Assembly (NCBI GenBank): GCA_030018355.1
Contig: JASEFN010000004.1
Span: 152,291-216,290, forward strand
Direction of reading: 5' to 3'
DNA length: 64,000 nt
DNA from: Caldisericia bacterium
Lineage (GTDB): Bacteria > Caldisericota > Caldisericia > B22-G15
Below, in pieces: positions 42,057-52,448 of the stretch. Both the position numbers and the translations under genes were made by a program. Below the pieces are notes generated by a model. That model was not told the origin of the DNA. It made no database searches and saw nothing but the letters and a program-made list of their open reading frames with translations. Each line of letters opens with the position of its first letter. Position 1 is the stretch's first letter.

Positions 42057-42914
42057 ATGCAAAAAGAACTTTTAGTTTTTGGCTCTTTTACAAAAGATTT
42101 TCTTGAAAATCATAAAGGAGATAAGAGAGTTGCAATTGGCGGAAGTTCAGCATATTTTTCAATTTCAACATCCCTTGTTGGATTAAAAGTATATCCTGTG
42201 GGATTTATATCAACTGATATAAATGAAGAAGAATTAGAGACTCTTTCAAAAATAGTTGATTTAAGATATTTAAAAAGGGAGAAAAGATTAAATTTTCATA
42301 TAAAATATGATGAAAATTTAAATGCTCATTATATAAAAGATCTTGAAGAAAATGATGAGATTATTGAATATAAAAATGTACCAATAAAACCATATGTGCA
42401 TGTGTGTGTTATCTCAAGCATTAGAAATCAAATGGATATAATTGAATATTTCAAAGATAAAGGCAGTTTTGTATCAACAGGAACTTATTTAATTAGAGTT
42501 AATAAAGATAGAGAAACTGTTTTAAAAATGTTAAAATTATCAGATTTATTCTTTTTAAATAGAGATGAAGCACTCTCTCTTTCTCAAAAAGAAAATTTTG
42601 ATGATGCATTAGAATTTTTTAAAAATAGTCAAAAAATGGTTGTTATTACCCTTGGAAAAGATGGTGCAATTTTTATAAAAGGAGAGGAATTTTTTAAAGT
42701 AAATGCTTATAAAACAGAGGTTGTTGATCCAACAGGCGCTGGAGAAACATTTGCAGGAGGTTTTTTAGCATCTTATATTCTTTATGGTAATCCTCTTCTT
42801 TCATTAAAATATGGAACTCTATTATCATCTTTTGTAATAGAAGATTTTGGGATAAGCGCTCTTCTTAAGATAAAAAGAGAGGATATCTTAAAAAGATTGG
42901 AGGAGATAAAATGA
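42057..42914 (+). CDS. PfkB-family carbohydrate/nucleoside kinase (ribokinase-like).
   Basis: The C-terminal DPTGAGETFAGGF anion-hole motif is the PfkB signature. It is 285 aa. Confidence 0.65.
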   Translation: MQKELLVFGSFTKDFLENHKGDKRVAIGGSSAYFSISTSLVGLKVYPVGFISTDINEEELETLSKIVDLRYLKREKRLNFHIKYDENLNAHYIKDLEENDEIIEYKNVPIKPYVHVCVISSIRNQMDIIEYFKDKGSFVSTGTYLIRVNKDRETVLKMLKLSDLFFLNRDEALSLSQKENFDDALEFFKNSQKMVVITLGKDGAIFIKGEEFFKVNAYKTEVVDPTGAGETFAGGFLASYILYGNPLLSLKYGTLLSSFVIEDFGISALLKIKREDILKRLEEIK

Positions 42915-43885
42915 TTGAGATTAATTTTGATAAAGTTAATTCTATAAGCAATTTTTTAAAAAATTTTGAAATAAATTATGATGTTTTGCCTGGAGTTGAA
43001 AAAGCAAAAGATAGAGACGATGCAAAGGAAAAACTGACACTTCTCTTTTATGTAGATGCAATATGTCATCAAACACAAAATTTTTATGGTGAAATTGATG
43101 GAGTTTTTTATAAAGGTTGGGACTACCTTCTCTACTCTTTTAAAAAGGAGTATGAAAAAGATAAAAGTTTTATAAAAACAAAAAGGATGAAAAAAATCAG
43201 AGGTGATGATTTAAAAAGAATTTTGAATGGCTCTGGAGATAGATATTATGAGAGAGCGCATCTTTTGAGAAATTGTGCTTTTATTCTTGAAAGAGATTTT
43301 AAAGGAGACATTTTTGAAATTTATAATCTTTCAGAAGGTTATATAAAAAGAGAAGGCAAACCTGATCTTATAACTCTTTTTCATAAATTTAAAGCATATA
43401 AAGACCCACTCAATAAAAAAACTTTTCTTTTCTTAAACATTGCAAAGAAGGTCGGGTTTTGGGAAATAAAAGATCCCCATTCTTTGTGGACACCGGTTGA
43501 TTATCACCTTGAAAGGGTTAGTTTAAGAGTTGGCTTGGTTGATGTTTCTGAAAAAATAAAAAAGAAGTTAGTTTTAGGAAAAAGGGTTTCCCAAAAATTT
43601 GATTTATCTTTAAGAGAAAAAATTGGTAGTGCAGTAAAAGAAATTTCAAATTTATCAGGAATCTCAATTGAAAAATTGGATCAAGTATTTTGGTCTCTTG
43701 GAAGAAGTATTTGTTTTAAAGACGGACCAAAGTGCGATGGAGTTTTTGATGAAAATAACACATTTACTAAGATAACTCATATATCGCTAAAAAATGGGTG
43801 TCCATTTAAAGAATTTTGTAATGCTTATAAAAATATTGAACTAAGAAATTTAAAAGAATCAAACATTTACACCATCTTCTACTAA
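42911..43885 (+). CDS. DUF2419/Qng1-like queuosine-salvage family protein (queuosine 5'-phosphate N-glycosylase/hydrolase-like).
   Basis: Blocks FYVDAICHQTQNF, YYERAHLLRNCAFILE and PVDYHLERVSLRVGLVD parallel the conserved TDTLNFSFW / FYKRAQILVADTW / DYRLPQVLAHLGAL blocks of Qng1 (C9orf64). It is 324 aa and overlaps the PfkB kinase gene by 4 nt. Confidence 0.5.
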   Translation: MIEINFDKVNSISNFLKNFEINYDVLPGVEKAKDRDDAKEKLTLLFYVDAICHQTQNFYGEIDGVFYKGWDYLLYSFKKEYEKDKSFIKTKRMKKIRGDDLKRILNGSGDRYYERAHLLRNCAFILERDFKGDIFEIYNLSEGYIKREGKPDLITLFHKFKAYKDPLNKKTFLFLNIAKKVGFWEIKDPHSLWTPVDYHLERVSLRVGLVDVSEKIKKKLVLGKRVSQKFDLSLREKIGSAVKEISNLSGISIEKLDQVFWSLGRSICFKDGPKCDGVFDENNTFTKITHISLKNGCPFKEFCNAYKNIELRNLKESNIYTIFY

Positions 43886-43887
43886 CT

Positions 43888-43920
43888 ATGTTACAAAGGT
43901 GTCTGACACCATAGTAACAT
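43888..43920. repeat. 33-bp palindromic element, copy 2 (ATGTTACAAAGGTGTCTGACACCATAGTAACAT).
   Basis: It starts 2 nt after the stop codon of the upstream gene. It directly abuts a sigma70-like promoter (TTGAAA-16-TATAAT at 43922-43949) that drives the SAM riboswitch and metK. Confidence 0.8.
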
Positions 43921-43959
43921 GTTGAAAATTTTGAGAAAATCTATATAATTTTTAAAGAG

Positions 43960-44076
43960 CCTTCTTATCAAGAGTGGCGGAGGGAACTGGCCCTGTGAAG
44001 CCCGGCAACCTGTGTCTCAAAGGCATAAGGTGCCAAATCCAGCAGGCTCAATATTTGCCTGGGAGATAAGAAGGTT
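43960..44076 (+). promoter_or_regulatory. SAM-I riboswitch (S-box).
   Basis: TTCTTATCAAGAGTGGCGGAGGGAACTGGCCCTGTGAAGCCCGGCAACC...GGTGCCAAATCCAGCAGGC...GGGAGATAAGAAG matches the S-box consensus. It sits directly upstream of metK. Confidence 0.85.
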
Positions 44077-44111
44077 GTCTTCTCCCAGAGTAAAAGTAAA
44101 GGAGGTATTTT

Positions 44112-45278
44112 ATGAGAAAATATCTTTTTACATCTGAATCAGTAACAGAAGGACACCCAGATAAAATTGCTGATCAAATTGCAGATACGGTTTTAGATGA
44201 ATGTTTAAAAGTAGATCCATTTTCTAGGGTTGCCTGTGAAGTTATCACAACAACTGGCCTTGTGCATGTTGCTGGAGAAATTACAACAAAAGCAAGATTA
44301 GATTATCAAGAAATTGTAAGGAATGTAATAAAAGATATTGGTTATGATAAAGAGGGGTATGGCTTTAACTATGAAAGTGTTGGAGTAATTGTTTCTGTTA
44401 AAGAGCAATCTCCTGATATTGCAATGGGAGTGGATAAGGCTCTTGAATCAAAAGAGGGGGAGATGGAAGAAACTCTGGGAGCAGGAGATCAGGGAATTAT
44501 GTTTGGTTATGCAACAAATGAAACTCCAGAATTTATGCCAATGCCAATTATGCTTTCTCATAAATTGTGCAAAAGACTTGCTGAAGTAAGAAAAAAAGGA
44601 ATTCTTCCGTATTTAAGACCAGATGGAAAATCTCAAGTAACAGTTGAATATAATGAGAGAAAACCAAAAAGAGTTACAAAAATTGTTCTTTCAGCACAAC
44701 ATGATCCAGATGTGCCTCTTGAAAAATTAAGAGAAGATCTTATTGAAACAGTCATAAAGCATGTTATTCCAAGTCATATGCTTGAGACGACTGAATATTT
44801 TATAAATCCAACAGGAAGATTTGTTATTGGTGGTCCAAAAGGAGATACAGGTCTTACAGGTAGAAAAACAATTGTTGATACTTATGGTGGAATGGCTAAA
44901 AATGGCGGAGGTTGTTTTTCTGGAAAAGATCCAACAAAGGTTGATAGGAGTGCATCTTACATGGCAAGATATGTTGCAAAAAATATAGTTGCAGCAGGTC
45001 TTGCAGATAAAGTTGAAATTCAAGTTGCATATGCAATAGGCAAAGCAAAACCCGTTGCTCTTTTTGTGGATACATTTGGAACTGGAAAAATTGATGATGA
45101 AAAACTTGAAAAATTTATTGAAGAGAAGATAGATTTTACTCCTCTTGGTATGATAAATAAACTTAATTTAAGACAACCAATTTATAGAAAAACTGCATGC
45201 TATGGACACTTTGGATGGGAAGAGTATCCTTGGGAAAAACTTGATCTTGTCCCACTCTTCAAATCTCTCCTTGAGTAA
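44112..45278 (+). CDS. metK: S-adenosylmethionine synthetase.
   Basis: 388 aa. It carries the motifs ...[16 protein letters not shown]..., GAGDQG and DTYGG, and is preceded by an S-box riboswitch. Confidence 0.95.
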   Translation: MRKYLFTSESVTEGHPDKIADQIADTVLDECLKVDPFSRVACEVITTTGLVHVAGEITTKARLDYQEIVRNVIKDIGYDKEGYGFNYESVGVIVSVKEQSPDIAMGVDKALESKEGEMEETLGAGDQGIMFGYATNETPEFMPMPIMLSHKLCKRLAEVRKKGILPYLRPDGKSQVTVEYNERKPKRVTKIVLSAQHDPDVPLEKLREDLIETVIKHVIPSHMLETTEYFINPTGRFVIGGPKGDTGLTGRKTIVDTYGGMAKNGGGCFSGKDPTKVDRSASYMARYVAKNIVAAGLADKVEIQVAYAIGKAKPVALFVDTFGTGKIDDEKLEKFIEEKIDFTPLGMINKLNLRQPIYRKTACYGHFGWEEYPWEKLDLVPLFKSLLE

Positions 45279-47277
45279 AATTGCAGATGTTTTTATTGAG
45301 GATGTACCACTCATAAAAGAAGATTTACCACTTTTTTCATATGTAATTCCTGAAAAATTAATAGAAAAAATTGATATTGGAAAAAGGGTTTTTGTTCCTT
45401 TTGGTAGGGGAAATAAATTAAAAAGGGGAATAATTATAAAAATTTGGGATGGGTCAAAAGAAAATTTAAAAGAGATAATAGATCTTGTTTCAGATTATAA
45501 AATTATTGATGATGTTGGTATAAGAGTTTTATTAAAATTACATGAAAAATATTTTGCTCCTATCTCAACTATTTTAAAAAAGATTTTACCACTTGGAAAA
45601 AGCAAAAAAGGAGAAGAGATAATTAAACTAATTGATTTTGAATTTGAAAAGAGCCTCTCTTTTCGTGAAAAAAGGAAGTTTGAACTCCTAAACTTTATTC
45701 AAGAGAGTGGTGGTGAAATAAAATTAAGAATTCTTAAGAAATTTTTCTCTTCAAAAGTCATAAATGATCTAATAAAAAGGGGGATAATAATAAAAAAATA
45801 TGAGTTTCCAAAAGGAAGAAAAGCAGAAAGAGGTATGATTGAAGAGAAAAAATTTGAAAATGTAAAAGATATTTCAATTGATGAAAATACAATTTTATAT
45901 GGTTTTACATATAAAGAGAGATGGAACTACTATGTTGATTTGATAAAATCATATGTTTCAAAAGATAAAAAGATAAAAATTATTTTTCCTGAGAAAATTG
46001 AAGTTGAAGAGTTTTATAAATTTATTCCAGATGAAGTAAAAATTATCTCTGAAAAAATAACAGGAGAAGAAGGAAAAAGGGAGAGAGAAACTATTTTAAA
46101 AGAAATTTATGAAAATAAAATAAAAATTCTTATTGGAACAACAATATCTCTTCTTCTTCCTTTAGATGAAAATTTGCTTATTATTGAGAATGAATCAAGA
46201 TTTAAAGAACTTGAAGATATTCTCTCTTTAAAAATAATAGAATTTGTAAGAACTTATGCACAAGAGAAAAATATTAAAATTCTAATTGGTTCACTATATC
46301 CATCTTTCGAAGCACTTCTTACATCAAAAAGAGAGAAATTTAATATAATAAAGAAAAAATTTAGTTTAAAGAATATTGAAATTTTATATAGAGATTCTGA
46401 AAGGTTAATTACACCATATATAAAAAACTTAATTATAAAAAGTAAAAATAAGAAAATTTTTATTTTTTATCCAAGAAAAGGTTATTTTCAATATCTTTTT
46501 TGTGATGAGTGCGGATACACTTCAAAATGTCCAAAATGTAAAGTTCCGCTAACATATTTCAAAGAAGAGGGAAAACTTATATGTAAAATTTGTGGTTATG
46601 AAAAACTTCCTTTTGATATTTGTCCACAATGTGGTGGATTTTCAATGAGATTTTCATCTCCAGGAATAGAAAGAGTAAAAGAAAAATTTAAAAAAATCTT
46701 TAAAGATAAAATTATTCTTGAGTTAGATGATTGGATTACAAAAGGAAGTGATAAAAAAAGAAGAGAGATTGAAAATGAATTTATGCTTAATGGAGATATT
46801 TTAATAGGTACTCATCTAATTTTACCACTTTTAAAAAGAGTTAATAATTTCATCTTTATCTTTCTTGATATAGATTTTATGCTTAACTTTCCAGAGTATG
46901 ACTCTTTTGAAAATATTTTTTATCTTATTTTAAGAGTAATTGAGGAATCAAATGTAAATCAAGGAAAAATTTATTTGCAAACAAAATTTCCAAAAAATAT
47001 TATTTTTAAGGCATTTAAAGAGAAAAACCTCTCTCTCTTTATAAATGATGAATTAAAAAGAAGAAAAGAAACAAAATTTCCGCCATATTATAAATATGTT
47101 GTGATTGAAGATATTCAAAAAGAATATTTAGATGAATTTTTAAAATTAAAAGAAAATGATGATGAGATTTATTATTTTAACGGAACATTAAAGATTAAAA
47201 CGAAAAATTTTTTCAAATTTAAATCAATTTTTGATAAAATTAAATATGAAAAGACTTTAAGAATTAAGGAGTTTTGA
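45271..47277 (+). CDS. priA: PriA-like primosomal protein N' with degenerate ATPase/helicase motifs. The start is reassigned to an in-frame TTG that overlaps the metK stop.
   Basis: The N-terminal PriA 3'-DNA-binding-like segment ([16 protein letters not shown]...[15 protein letters not shown]) begins at the TTG at 45271. The ORF-track ATG at 45202 lies inside metK. The C-terminal Cys4 zinc-binding cluster (CDECGY..CPKC...CKICGY...CPQCGG) is present. The Walker A position reads GFTYKERW, the DEEH position reads IENESR and the motif-VI position reads RVIEESNV. Confidence 0.65.
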   Translation: MSKIADVFIEDVPLIKEDLPLFSYVIPEKLIEKIDIGKRVFVPFGRGNKLKRGIIIKIWDGSKENLKEIIDLVSDYKIIDDVGIRVLLKLHEKYFAPISTILKKILPLGKSKKGEEIIKLIDFEFEKSLSFREKRKFELLNFIQESGGEIKLRILKKFFSSKVINDLIKRGIIIKKYEFPKGRKAERGMIEEKKFENVKDISIDENTILYGFTYKERWNYYVDLIKSYVSKDKKIKIIFPEKIEVEEFYKFIPDEVKIISEKITGEEGKRERETILKEIYENKIKILIGTTISLLLPLDENLLIIENESRFKELEDILSLKIIEFVRTYAQEKNIKILIGSLYPSFEALLTSKREKFNIIKKKFSLKNIEILYRDSERLITPYIKNLIIKSKNKKIFIFYPRKGYFQYLFCDECGYTSKCPKCKVPLTYFKEEGKLICKICGYEKLPFDICPQCGGFSMRFSSPGIERVKEKFKKIFKDKIILELDDWITKGSDKKRREIENEFMLNGDILIGTHLILPLLKRVNNFIFIFLDIDFMLNFPEYDSFENIFYLILRVIEESNVNQGKIYLQTKFPKNIIFKAFKEKNLSLFINDELKRRKETKFPPYYKYVVIEDIQKEYLDEFLKLKENDDEIYYFNGTLKIKTKNFFKFKSIFDKIKYEKTLRIKEF

Positions 47278-47780
47278 AAGTGAGAGAGATTATATTAATT
47301 GGTAATCCAATTTTAAGAAAAAAATCTCAACCTGTAAAAAAGGTAGATAAATATATTGAAAGGTTAGTTGATGAGATGAAAAAAATACTTTTAAAAAGTG
47401 AAATTCCAGCAGTTGGTCTTTCTGCACCTCAAATTGGAGAACTTTTAAGAGTAATAATATATAGAGAGGAAGATAAAATTCACACAATTATTAATCCTAA
47501 AATTTTAAAAAAAGAGGGAAAAATTGTAATTGAAGAAGGATGCCTTTCAATTCCAGGAGTTTATGGTGATGTAGAGAGAGCAAACAAAATTTTGGTTTCA
47601 GGAATTTCTTTAACTGGAAAGAAGATTGAAATAGAAAAAGAGGGTTTGCCTGCTGTTATTATTCAACATGAAATAGATCATTTGGATGGAATTTTATTTA
47701 TTGATAGAGTAAAAGATATTAAAACATTAAGAGTTGAAGAAGGATATAAAATTCCAGAGGAGCTTTTAAATAAAGTTTAA
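47274..47780 (+). CDS. def: Peptide deformylase.
   Basis: Motifs GLSAPQIG, EGCLSIPG and HEIDHLDG are present. It is 168 aa, in a priA-def-fmt operon. Confidence 0.92.
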   Translation: MKVREIILIGNPILRKKSQPVKKVDKYIERLVDEMKKILLKSEIPAVGLSAPQIGELLRVIIYREEDKIHTIINPKILKKEGKIVIEEGCLSIPGVYGDVERANKILVSGISLTGKKIEIEKEGLPAVIIQHEIDHLDGILFIDRVKDIKTLRVEEGYKIPEELLNKV

Positions 47781-48700
47781 TGAAAATAGTTTTTTTTGGC
47801 TCAGACTCTTTTTCTCTTCCATTTTTAGAAGAGTTATATAAAAAAGGTTTTGAAATTACTCTTGTTATAACAACTCCAGATAAACCAAAGGGAAGAGGTT
47901 TAAAAATTGAGGAGACACCAACAAAAAAATTTGCAAAGGAAATTGGTTTAAATTTCATTGAGGTTGATAAATTTAAAAATTTTTTTGAACTAATTGAAAA
48001 AAATAAAGGAGATATTGGAGTTGTTGTTTCTTTTGGAAAAATAATTCCTCAGAGAGTTTTAAATATTTTTGAGAAAGGAATAATAAATGTTCATCCATCT
48101 CTTCTTCCTAAATATAGAGGTCCAAATCCTATAAGATGGCAAATTTTAAATGGAGAAAAAAAGAGTGGAATAACAATAATAAAATTGACAAAAGAGGTTG
48201 ATGCTGGACCAATTTTAACTCAAAAAGAGATTTCAGTTGAAGAAAGTGATAATTACACAAACTTAACAAAAAAGTTAATTGAAATTGGAAAAGAAGCGCT
48301 AATTGAGGCTCTTGAATTAATAGAGGAAGGAAAAGAGAGTTGGATTGAACAAAAAGGAGAATCAACATATGCACCTAAATTTGAGAATGATTTTGAAAAA
48401 CTTGACTTTAAAATGGATGGAGAATACTTAAGAAGAAAAATTCTATCACTTTCTCTTGAACCAGGAGCATATGCTTTTTTTAGAGAAAAAAGAGTAAAAA
48501 TTTTAGATGCTTCACTTTTAAATAATCAAATTCAAGGAGAAGCAGGAGAAATAGTTTTTGTTGATAAAAATTCATTTGGAATTAAAACTTTAAATAAAAT
48601 TCTTATTCCTAAATTAGTAAAAGTTGAGGGTAAAAGAGAGATGAGTATTAAAGAGTTTATAAATGGATATAAACCAAAAGTTCATGAAAAATTTTATTAA
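47780..48700 (+). CDS. fmt: Methionyl-tRNA formyltransferase.
   Basis: 306 aa. N-terminus MKIVFFGSDSFSLP..., the formyltransferase core ...NVHPSLLPKYRGPNPI..., and a C-terminal domain are present. Confidence 0.9.
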   Translation: MKIVFFGSDSFSLPFLEELYKKGFEITLVITTPDKPKGRGLKIEETPTKKFAKEIGLNFIEVDKFKNFFELIEKNKGDIGVVVSFGKIIPQRVLNIFEKGIINVHPSLLPKYRGPNPIRWQILNGEKKSGITIIKLTKEVDAGPILTQKEISVEESDNYTNLTKKLIEIGKEALIEALELIEEGKESWIEQKGESTYAPKFENDFEKLDFKMDGEYLRRKILSLSLEPGAYAFFREKRVKILDASLLNNQIQGEAGEIVFVDKNSFGIKTLNKILIPKLVKVEGKREMSIKEFINGYKPKVHEKFY

Positions 48701-48704
48701 ATTT

Positions 48705-50030
48705 TTAATAAATCTCTAAGTATCTCTCTATCTCCCAATCAGTTACATGAGTTCTAAAACTATCCCACTCCTCCTTCTTTGCTTCAACTAATTTTTCAAT
48801 GACATGTTCTGTTAAAGCGCTCTTTAAAACATCATCCTTTAAAAACTCTTCCATTGCTTCCATTAAATTTCCTGGTAGACTCTCAATTCCGAGTTTTTTT
48901 CTTTCTTCATCTGTCATATTGTAAATATCAATATTAGTTGGCTCTCCTGGGTCAATTTTATTTCTAATTCCATCAATTCCTGCTGCAAGAATTACTGCAA
49001 AAGCAAGATAAGGATTACATGATGGATCAGGTGATCTAAATTCAATTCTTCTTCCAATACCAGTTGCAGATGGAATTCTAATTAAAGCAGATCTATTTCT
49101 TAATGCCCATGATATATAAACTGGTGCTTCATAACCTGGAACAATTCTTTTATATGAATTTACTGTTGGATTAGCAATGAAAGTTATTCCTTTTGCATGT
49201 TTTAAAATTCCTCCAATAAAATAGAGTGCTTCTTTTGATAATTCATATTTTCCATTTTTGTCATAAAAAATGTTTTCTCCATTTTTAAATAAAGATAAAT
49301 GTGTATGCATTCCAGAACCATTTATTCCATAAACAGGTTTAGGCATAAATGTTGCATGTAGTCCATATTTTAAAGCAATCGTTTTTGTTACAAGTTTAAA
49401 TGTAATAACATTGTCTGCGGTTCGTAAAGCATCTGAATATCTAAAATCAATCTCATGTTGTCCTTCTGCTACTTCATGATGTGCTGTTTCAACTTCAAAT
49501 CCCATCTCTTTAAGAGTTGTAACAATCTCTTCCCTTACTTTTTCACCGAGATCAATTGGAAGCATATCAAAATAACTTCCATGATCATGTGTTATTGTTG
49601 TTGGTTTTCCAAATTGATCTTTTTTAAATAGGAAAAATTCTGCTTCTGGTCCTGCATTTAATACATAACCAAACTCATCTTTTACTTTTTTCATCTCTTT
49701 TTTAAGAATATATCTTGGATCCCCTTCAAATGGTGTGCCATCTGGATTTAAAACATCACAAATCAATCTTGCAACTGTTCCTCCACCAATTGTCCATGGA
49801 AGAATTGCAAATGTGTCTGGATCTGGTAAAAGAAGCATATCTGACTCTTGAATTCTCACAAAACCTTCAATTGATGAACCATCAAATAAAACTCCATTAT
49901 CAAGAACATATGGAAGTTCTGAAGAAGGTATTTCAACATTTTTAGGAATTCCTAAAATATCTGTAAATTGAAGTCTAATAAAAACCACATTTTTCTCTTT
50001 CACAAGTTTTAAAACATCACTCTTATCCAT
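48705..50030 (-). CDS. glnA: Glutamine synthetase type I.
   Basis: 441 aa. Motifs ...FDGSSIEGF..., ...GPEAEFFLF..., ...[11 protein letters not shown]... and ...[14 protein letters not shown]... are present. Confidence 0.92.
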   Translation of the reverse strand: MDKSDVLKLVKEKNVVFIRLQFTDILGIPKNVEIPSSELPYVLDNGVLFDGSSIEGFVRIQESDMLLLPDPDTFAILPWTIGGGTVARLICDVLNPDGTPFEGDPRYILKKEMKKVKDEFGYVLNAGPEAEFFLFKKDQFGKPTTITHDHGSYFDMLPIDLGEKVREEIVTTLKEMGFEVETAHHEVAEGQHEIDFRYSDALRTADNVITFKLVTKTIALKYGLHATFMPKPVYGINGSGMHTHLSLFKNGENIFYDKNGKYELSKEALYFIGGILKHAKGITFIANPTVNSYKRIVPGYEAPVYISWALRNRSALIRIPSATGIGRRIEFRSPDPSCNPYLAFAVILAAGIDGIRNKIDPGEPTNIDIYNMTDEERKKLGIESLPGNLMEAMEEFLKDDVLKSALTEHVIEKLVEAKKEEWDSFRTHVTDWEIERYLEIY

Positions 50031-50090
50031 TTTAATATACCTCCTTAAAAATTAAATTTTATATATACCACTTCTCAAATTTTTGTCAAC

Positions 50091-50155
50091 ATGTTACAAA
50101 AGTGTCAGGCACCTTTGTAACATGTTACTATGGTGTCAGGCACCATTGTAACATG
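50091..50155. repeat. Tandem pair of 33-bp palindromic elements (copies 3 and 4). They overlap at a palindromic GTAACATGTTAC junction.
   Basis: ATGTTACAAAAGTGTCAGGCACCTTTGTAACAT and catGTTACTATGGTGTCAGGCACCATTGTAACATGG. They lie in the divergent glnA / DUF296 promoter region, 2 nt upstream of a TATAAT box. Confidence 0.8.
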
Positions 50156-50184
50156 GTGTATAATAATTATTAGAGGTTAATTAT

Positions 50185-50613
50185 ATGAAATATATTAAAG
50201 ATGGTGGTATTATTTTTGTGGTTATGGAAAAAGGAGAGAGAATTAAGGATAATTTAGAAAAACTAATTCTTAAAGAAAAAGTTTTAGATTGTGGAATTAT
50301 TTTATCATCAACTGGAATGGTTAAAAATGTTGAAGTAGGTTTTGGATATTATGATGGAAAAAATGTATCTTATGAAAAAGAAATTTTAGAGGGACCATTT
50401 GAACTTTTAAGCATGAGTGGATTACTTATAAATAATGAAAACTATCCATTTCATATTCATATAAATTTAGGAGATAAAGAAAAAAGAAGTTTTGGAGGAC
50501 ATCTTTTTGATGGAGAAATTCATACATTTATAGAAATGGCAATAATTGAATCAAATTTAAAATTAGAAAGAAAATTAAAAGATGGTTTAAATTTACTCAA
50601 TTTTAAACATTAA
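50185..50613 (+). CDS. PPC/DUF296-domain protein (predicted DNA-binding protein with a PD1-like fold).
   Basis: 142 aa. Motifs ...GFGYYDG... and ...FHIHINLGD...GGHL are typical of DUF296. An RBS GAGG precedes the start. Confidence 0.5.
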   Translation: MKYIKDGGIIFVVMEKGERIKDNLEKLILKEKVLDCGIILSSTGMVKNVEVGFGYYDGKNVSYEKEILEGPFELLSMSGLLINNENYPFHIHINLGDKEKRSFGGHLFDGEIHTFIEMAIIESNLKLERKLKDGLNLLNFKH

Positions 50614-50668
50614 AACATTTCTAATTTCCTTGTTATAATATTAAAGTTATTTTTAAAGGAGTTTTATT

Positions 50669-51652
50669 ATGGAAAAGAATTTTGCAATTAAAACAATAAA
50701 TCTTGGAAGAATTTATAAAAAAGGAAAAAGAATAATAGAGGCTCTAAAAAATATTAACATTGAAGTTAATAGAGGAGAAATTTTTGGTCTTTTAGGACCA
50801 AATGGGGCTGGAAAAACTACACTCATTAAAATACTTACAACAATTCTTCTTCCAACTACTGGAAAAGCATATGTATTAGGTTTTGATGTAGAAAAAGATA
50901 CATTGAAAATAAGAGAAAAAATAAATATGGTTAGTGGAGGAGAATGGGCAGGGTATGGAATTTTAACCGTAAAAGAAAATTTATGGATGTTTTCACAATT
51001 TTATGGAATTCCATCTAAATTAGCAAAAAAAGAAATTGAAAAATATCTTGAGATATTTGACTTAAAAGAAGAGGCAAACACAAAAATAAGTAATTTATCA
51101 ACGGGAATGAGACAAAAAATGAATTTCATCAGAGGAATACTTTCAGATCCTGAAGTTCTTTTCCTTGATGAGCCAACACTTGGTTTAGATGTTCAAGTTG
51201 CAAGAACAGTTAGAAATTTTATAAAAGATTGGATAAAAGAGAAACCAATAAGAACTATACTTTTAACAACTCACTATTTACATGAAGCAGATGAGTTGTG
51301 TGATAGAATTGCAATAATTGATAATGGACAGATCTATGCACTTGATACCCCAGAAAACCTTAAAAATATTTTAAAAGATAGAATCTATTATTCGGTTGAA
51401 GTCTTAAGAAATGAGTATTTAAAACTTGACTCAATTCCTTATACAACAAAATTTTTTGTAAATCCAATTAAAGATGGAAAAATTGAAATTAAATTTCAGT
51501 TAGAAAGTGAAAACCGAATTGTCGATGTCTTTAACTTTTTAAAAGACAAAGGTTTTAATGTTCTTTCATTTAAAAAAAGAGAGCCAACCCTTGAGGATGT
51601 TTTTATAGAAATTGTTGGAAGGGAATTTAAAGATGAAGAGATACATAGTTAG
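50669..51652 (+). CDS. ABC transporter ATP-binding protein (ABC-2/DrrA-like exporter subunit).
   Basis: Walker A GPNGAGKTT, the ABC signature LSTGMRQK and Walker B FLDEPT are present. It is 327 aa. Confidence 0.85.
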   Translation: MEKNFAIKTINLGRIYKKGKRIIEALKNINIEVNRGEIFGLLGPNGAGKTTLIKILTTILLPTTGKAYVLGFDVEKDTLKIREKINMVSGGEWAGYGILTVKENLWMFSQFYGIPSKLAKKEIEKYLEIFDLKEEANTKISNLSTGMRQKMNFIRGILSDPEVLFLDEPTLGLDVQVARTVRNFIKDWIKEKPIRTILLTTHYLHEADELCDRIAIIDNGQIYALDTPENLKNILKDRIYYSVEVLRNEYLKLDSIPYTTKFFVNPIKDGKIEIKFQLESENRIVDVFNFLKDKGFNVLSFKKREPTLEDVFIEIVGREFKDEEIHS

Positions 51653-52448
51653 AAATTTAAGAGCAATAAAAGGAAGAGCATATCCAAGAATTATTGCAGC
51701 AAATAGAGAATATTCTTGGGTAATTGCAGATGTTGTTTTACCACTTCTTTCTGTTGTTGCTTATGGACTCCTTTATAAATATTTAGGAGCAAGTAAAGAT
51801 TTTTTAGGCTTTGCAGTTCTTGGTGGAGCAATGAGTGCTTTTTGGCTAAATGTTTTATGGGATATGGCATCACAACTTTATTGGGAGAGAATGAGTGGTA
51901 ATCTTCAACTCTACATAATTAGCCCAATTTCACTTATGTCTATTTTATTTGGGATGAGCATAGGTGGTATGTTTTCAACTTCTCTTAGAGCACTTGCAAC
52001 ATTAACTGTTGGTACACTTATATTTAAACTAGATTTTAGTTTTATAAATATACCTCAACTTATTCTTGTCTTCTTTTTAACTCTTTCTGCTCTATATGGA
52101 CTTGGAATGACTCTTGCCTCACTTTATCTTATTTGGGGAAGAGAGGCTTGGCACCTTTCAGAATTTTTCCAAGAGCCAGTCTATCTTGTTAGTGGAATGT
52201 ATTTTCCAATTAAATTTTTAGGAATTACAGGATTTTTCTCTTCAATTATTCCTTTAACTTTAGGCCTTGATGGAATAAGACAACTTATATTCAAACAAGG
52301 TGCACTTTTTGGATTTTTAAGCGTTAAAGTTGAAATAATAATTCTTGCAATTTTAACAATTATTTATCTTTTTCTTGCCTATTATTACCTTAAAAAGATG
52401 GAGTATCTTGCAAGAAAGGAGGGGAAGTTAACAATAAGATGGGAATAA
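51612..52448 (+). CDS. ABC-2 family transporter permease. The true start is possibly the internal MKRY at about 51633.
   Basis: Multi-TM protein of 278 aa, overlapping and following the ABC ATPase gene. Confidence 0.6.
   Translation: MLEGNLKMKRYIVRNLRAIKGRAYPRIIAANREYSWVIADVVLPLLSVVAYGLLYKYLGASKDFLGFAVLGGAMSAFWLNVLWDMASQLYWERMSGNLQLYIISPISLMSILFGMSIGGMFSTSLRALATLTVGTLIFKLDFSFINIPQLILVFFLTLSALYGLGMTLASLYLIWGREAWHLSEFFQEPVYLVSGMYFPIKFLGITGFFSSIIPLTLGLDGIRQLIFKQGALFGFLSVKVEIIILAILTIIYLFLAYYYLKKMEYLARKEGKLTIRWE

Noticed and set aside
43888-43920. Interpreting the palindromes that begin 2 nt after stop codons as Rho-independent terminators
   Set aside because: No U-tract follows any copy. Instead, -35/-10 promoter elements directly follow. 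A 16-bp stem could still stabilise the upstream mRNA 3' ends, so this interpretation is not fully excluded.
45202-45270. ATG at 45202 as the priA start (ORF-track call)
   Set aside because: It would embed 77 nt of priA inside metK in another frame. The conserved PriA N-terminus begins right after an in-frame TTG at 45271, which overlaps the metK stop.
50091-50155. Interpreting the glnA-upstream palindromes as GlnR/TnrA boxes
   Set aside because: The GlnR/TnrA consensus is a 17-bp TGTNA-N7-TNACA. Here the TGTTACA half-sites are about 26 bp apart, and the same element occurs upstream of metK, ribU and a ferritin-like gene, which are not nitrogen-regulon genes.
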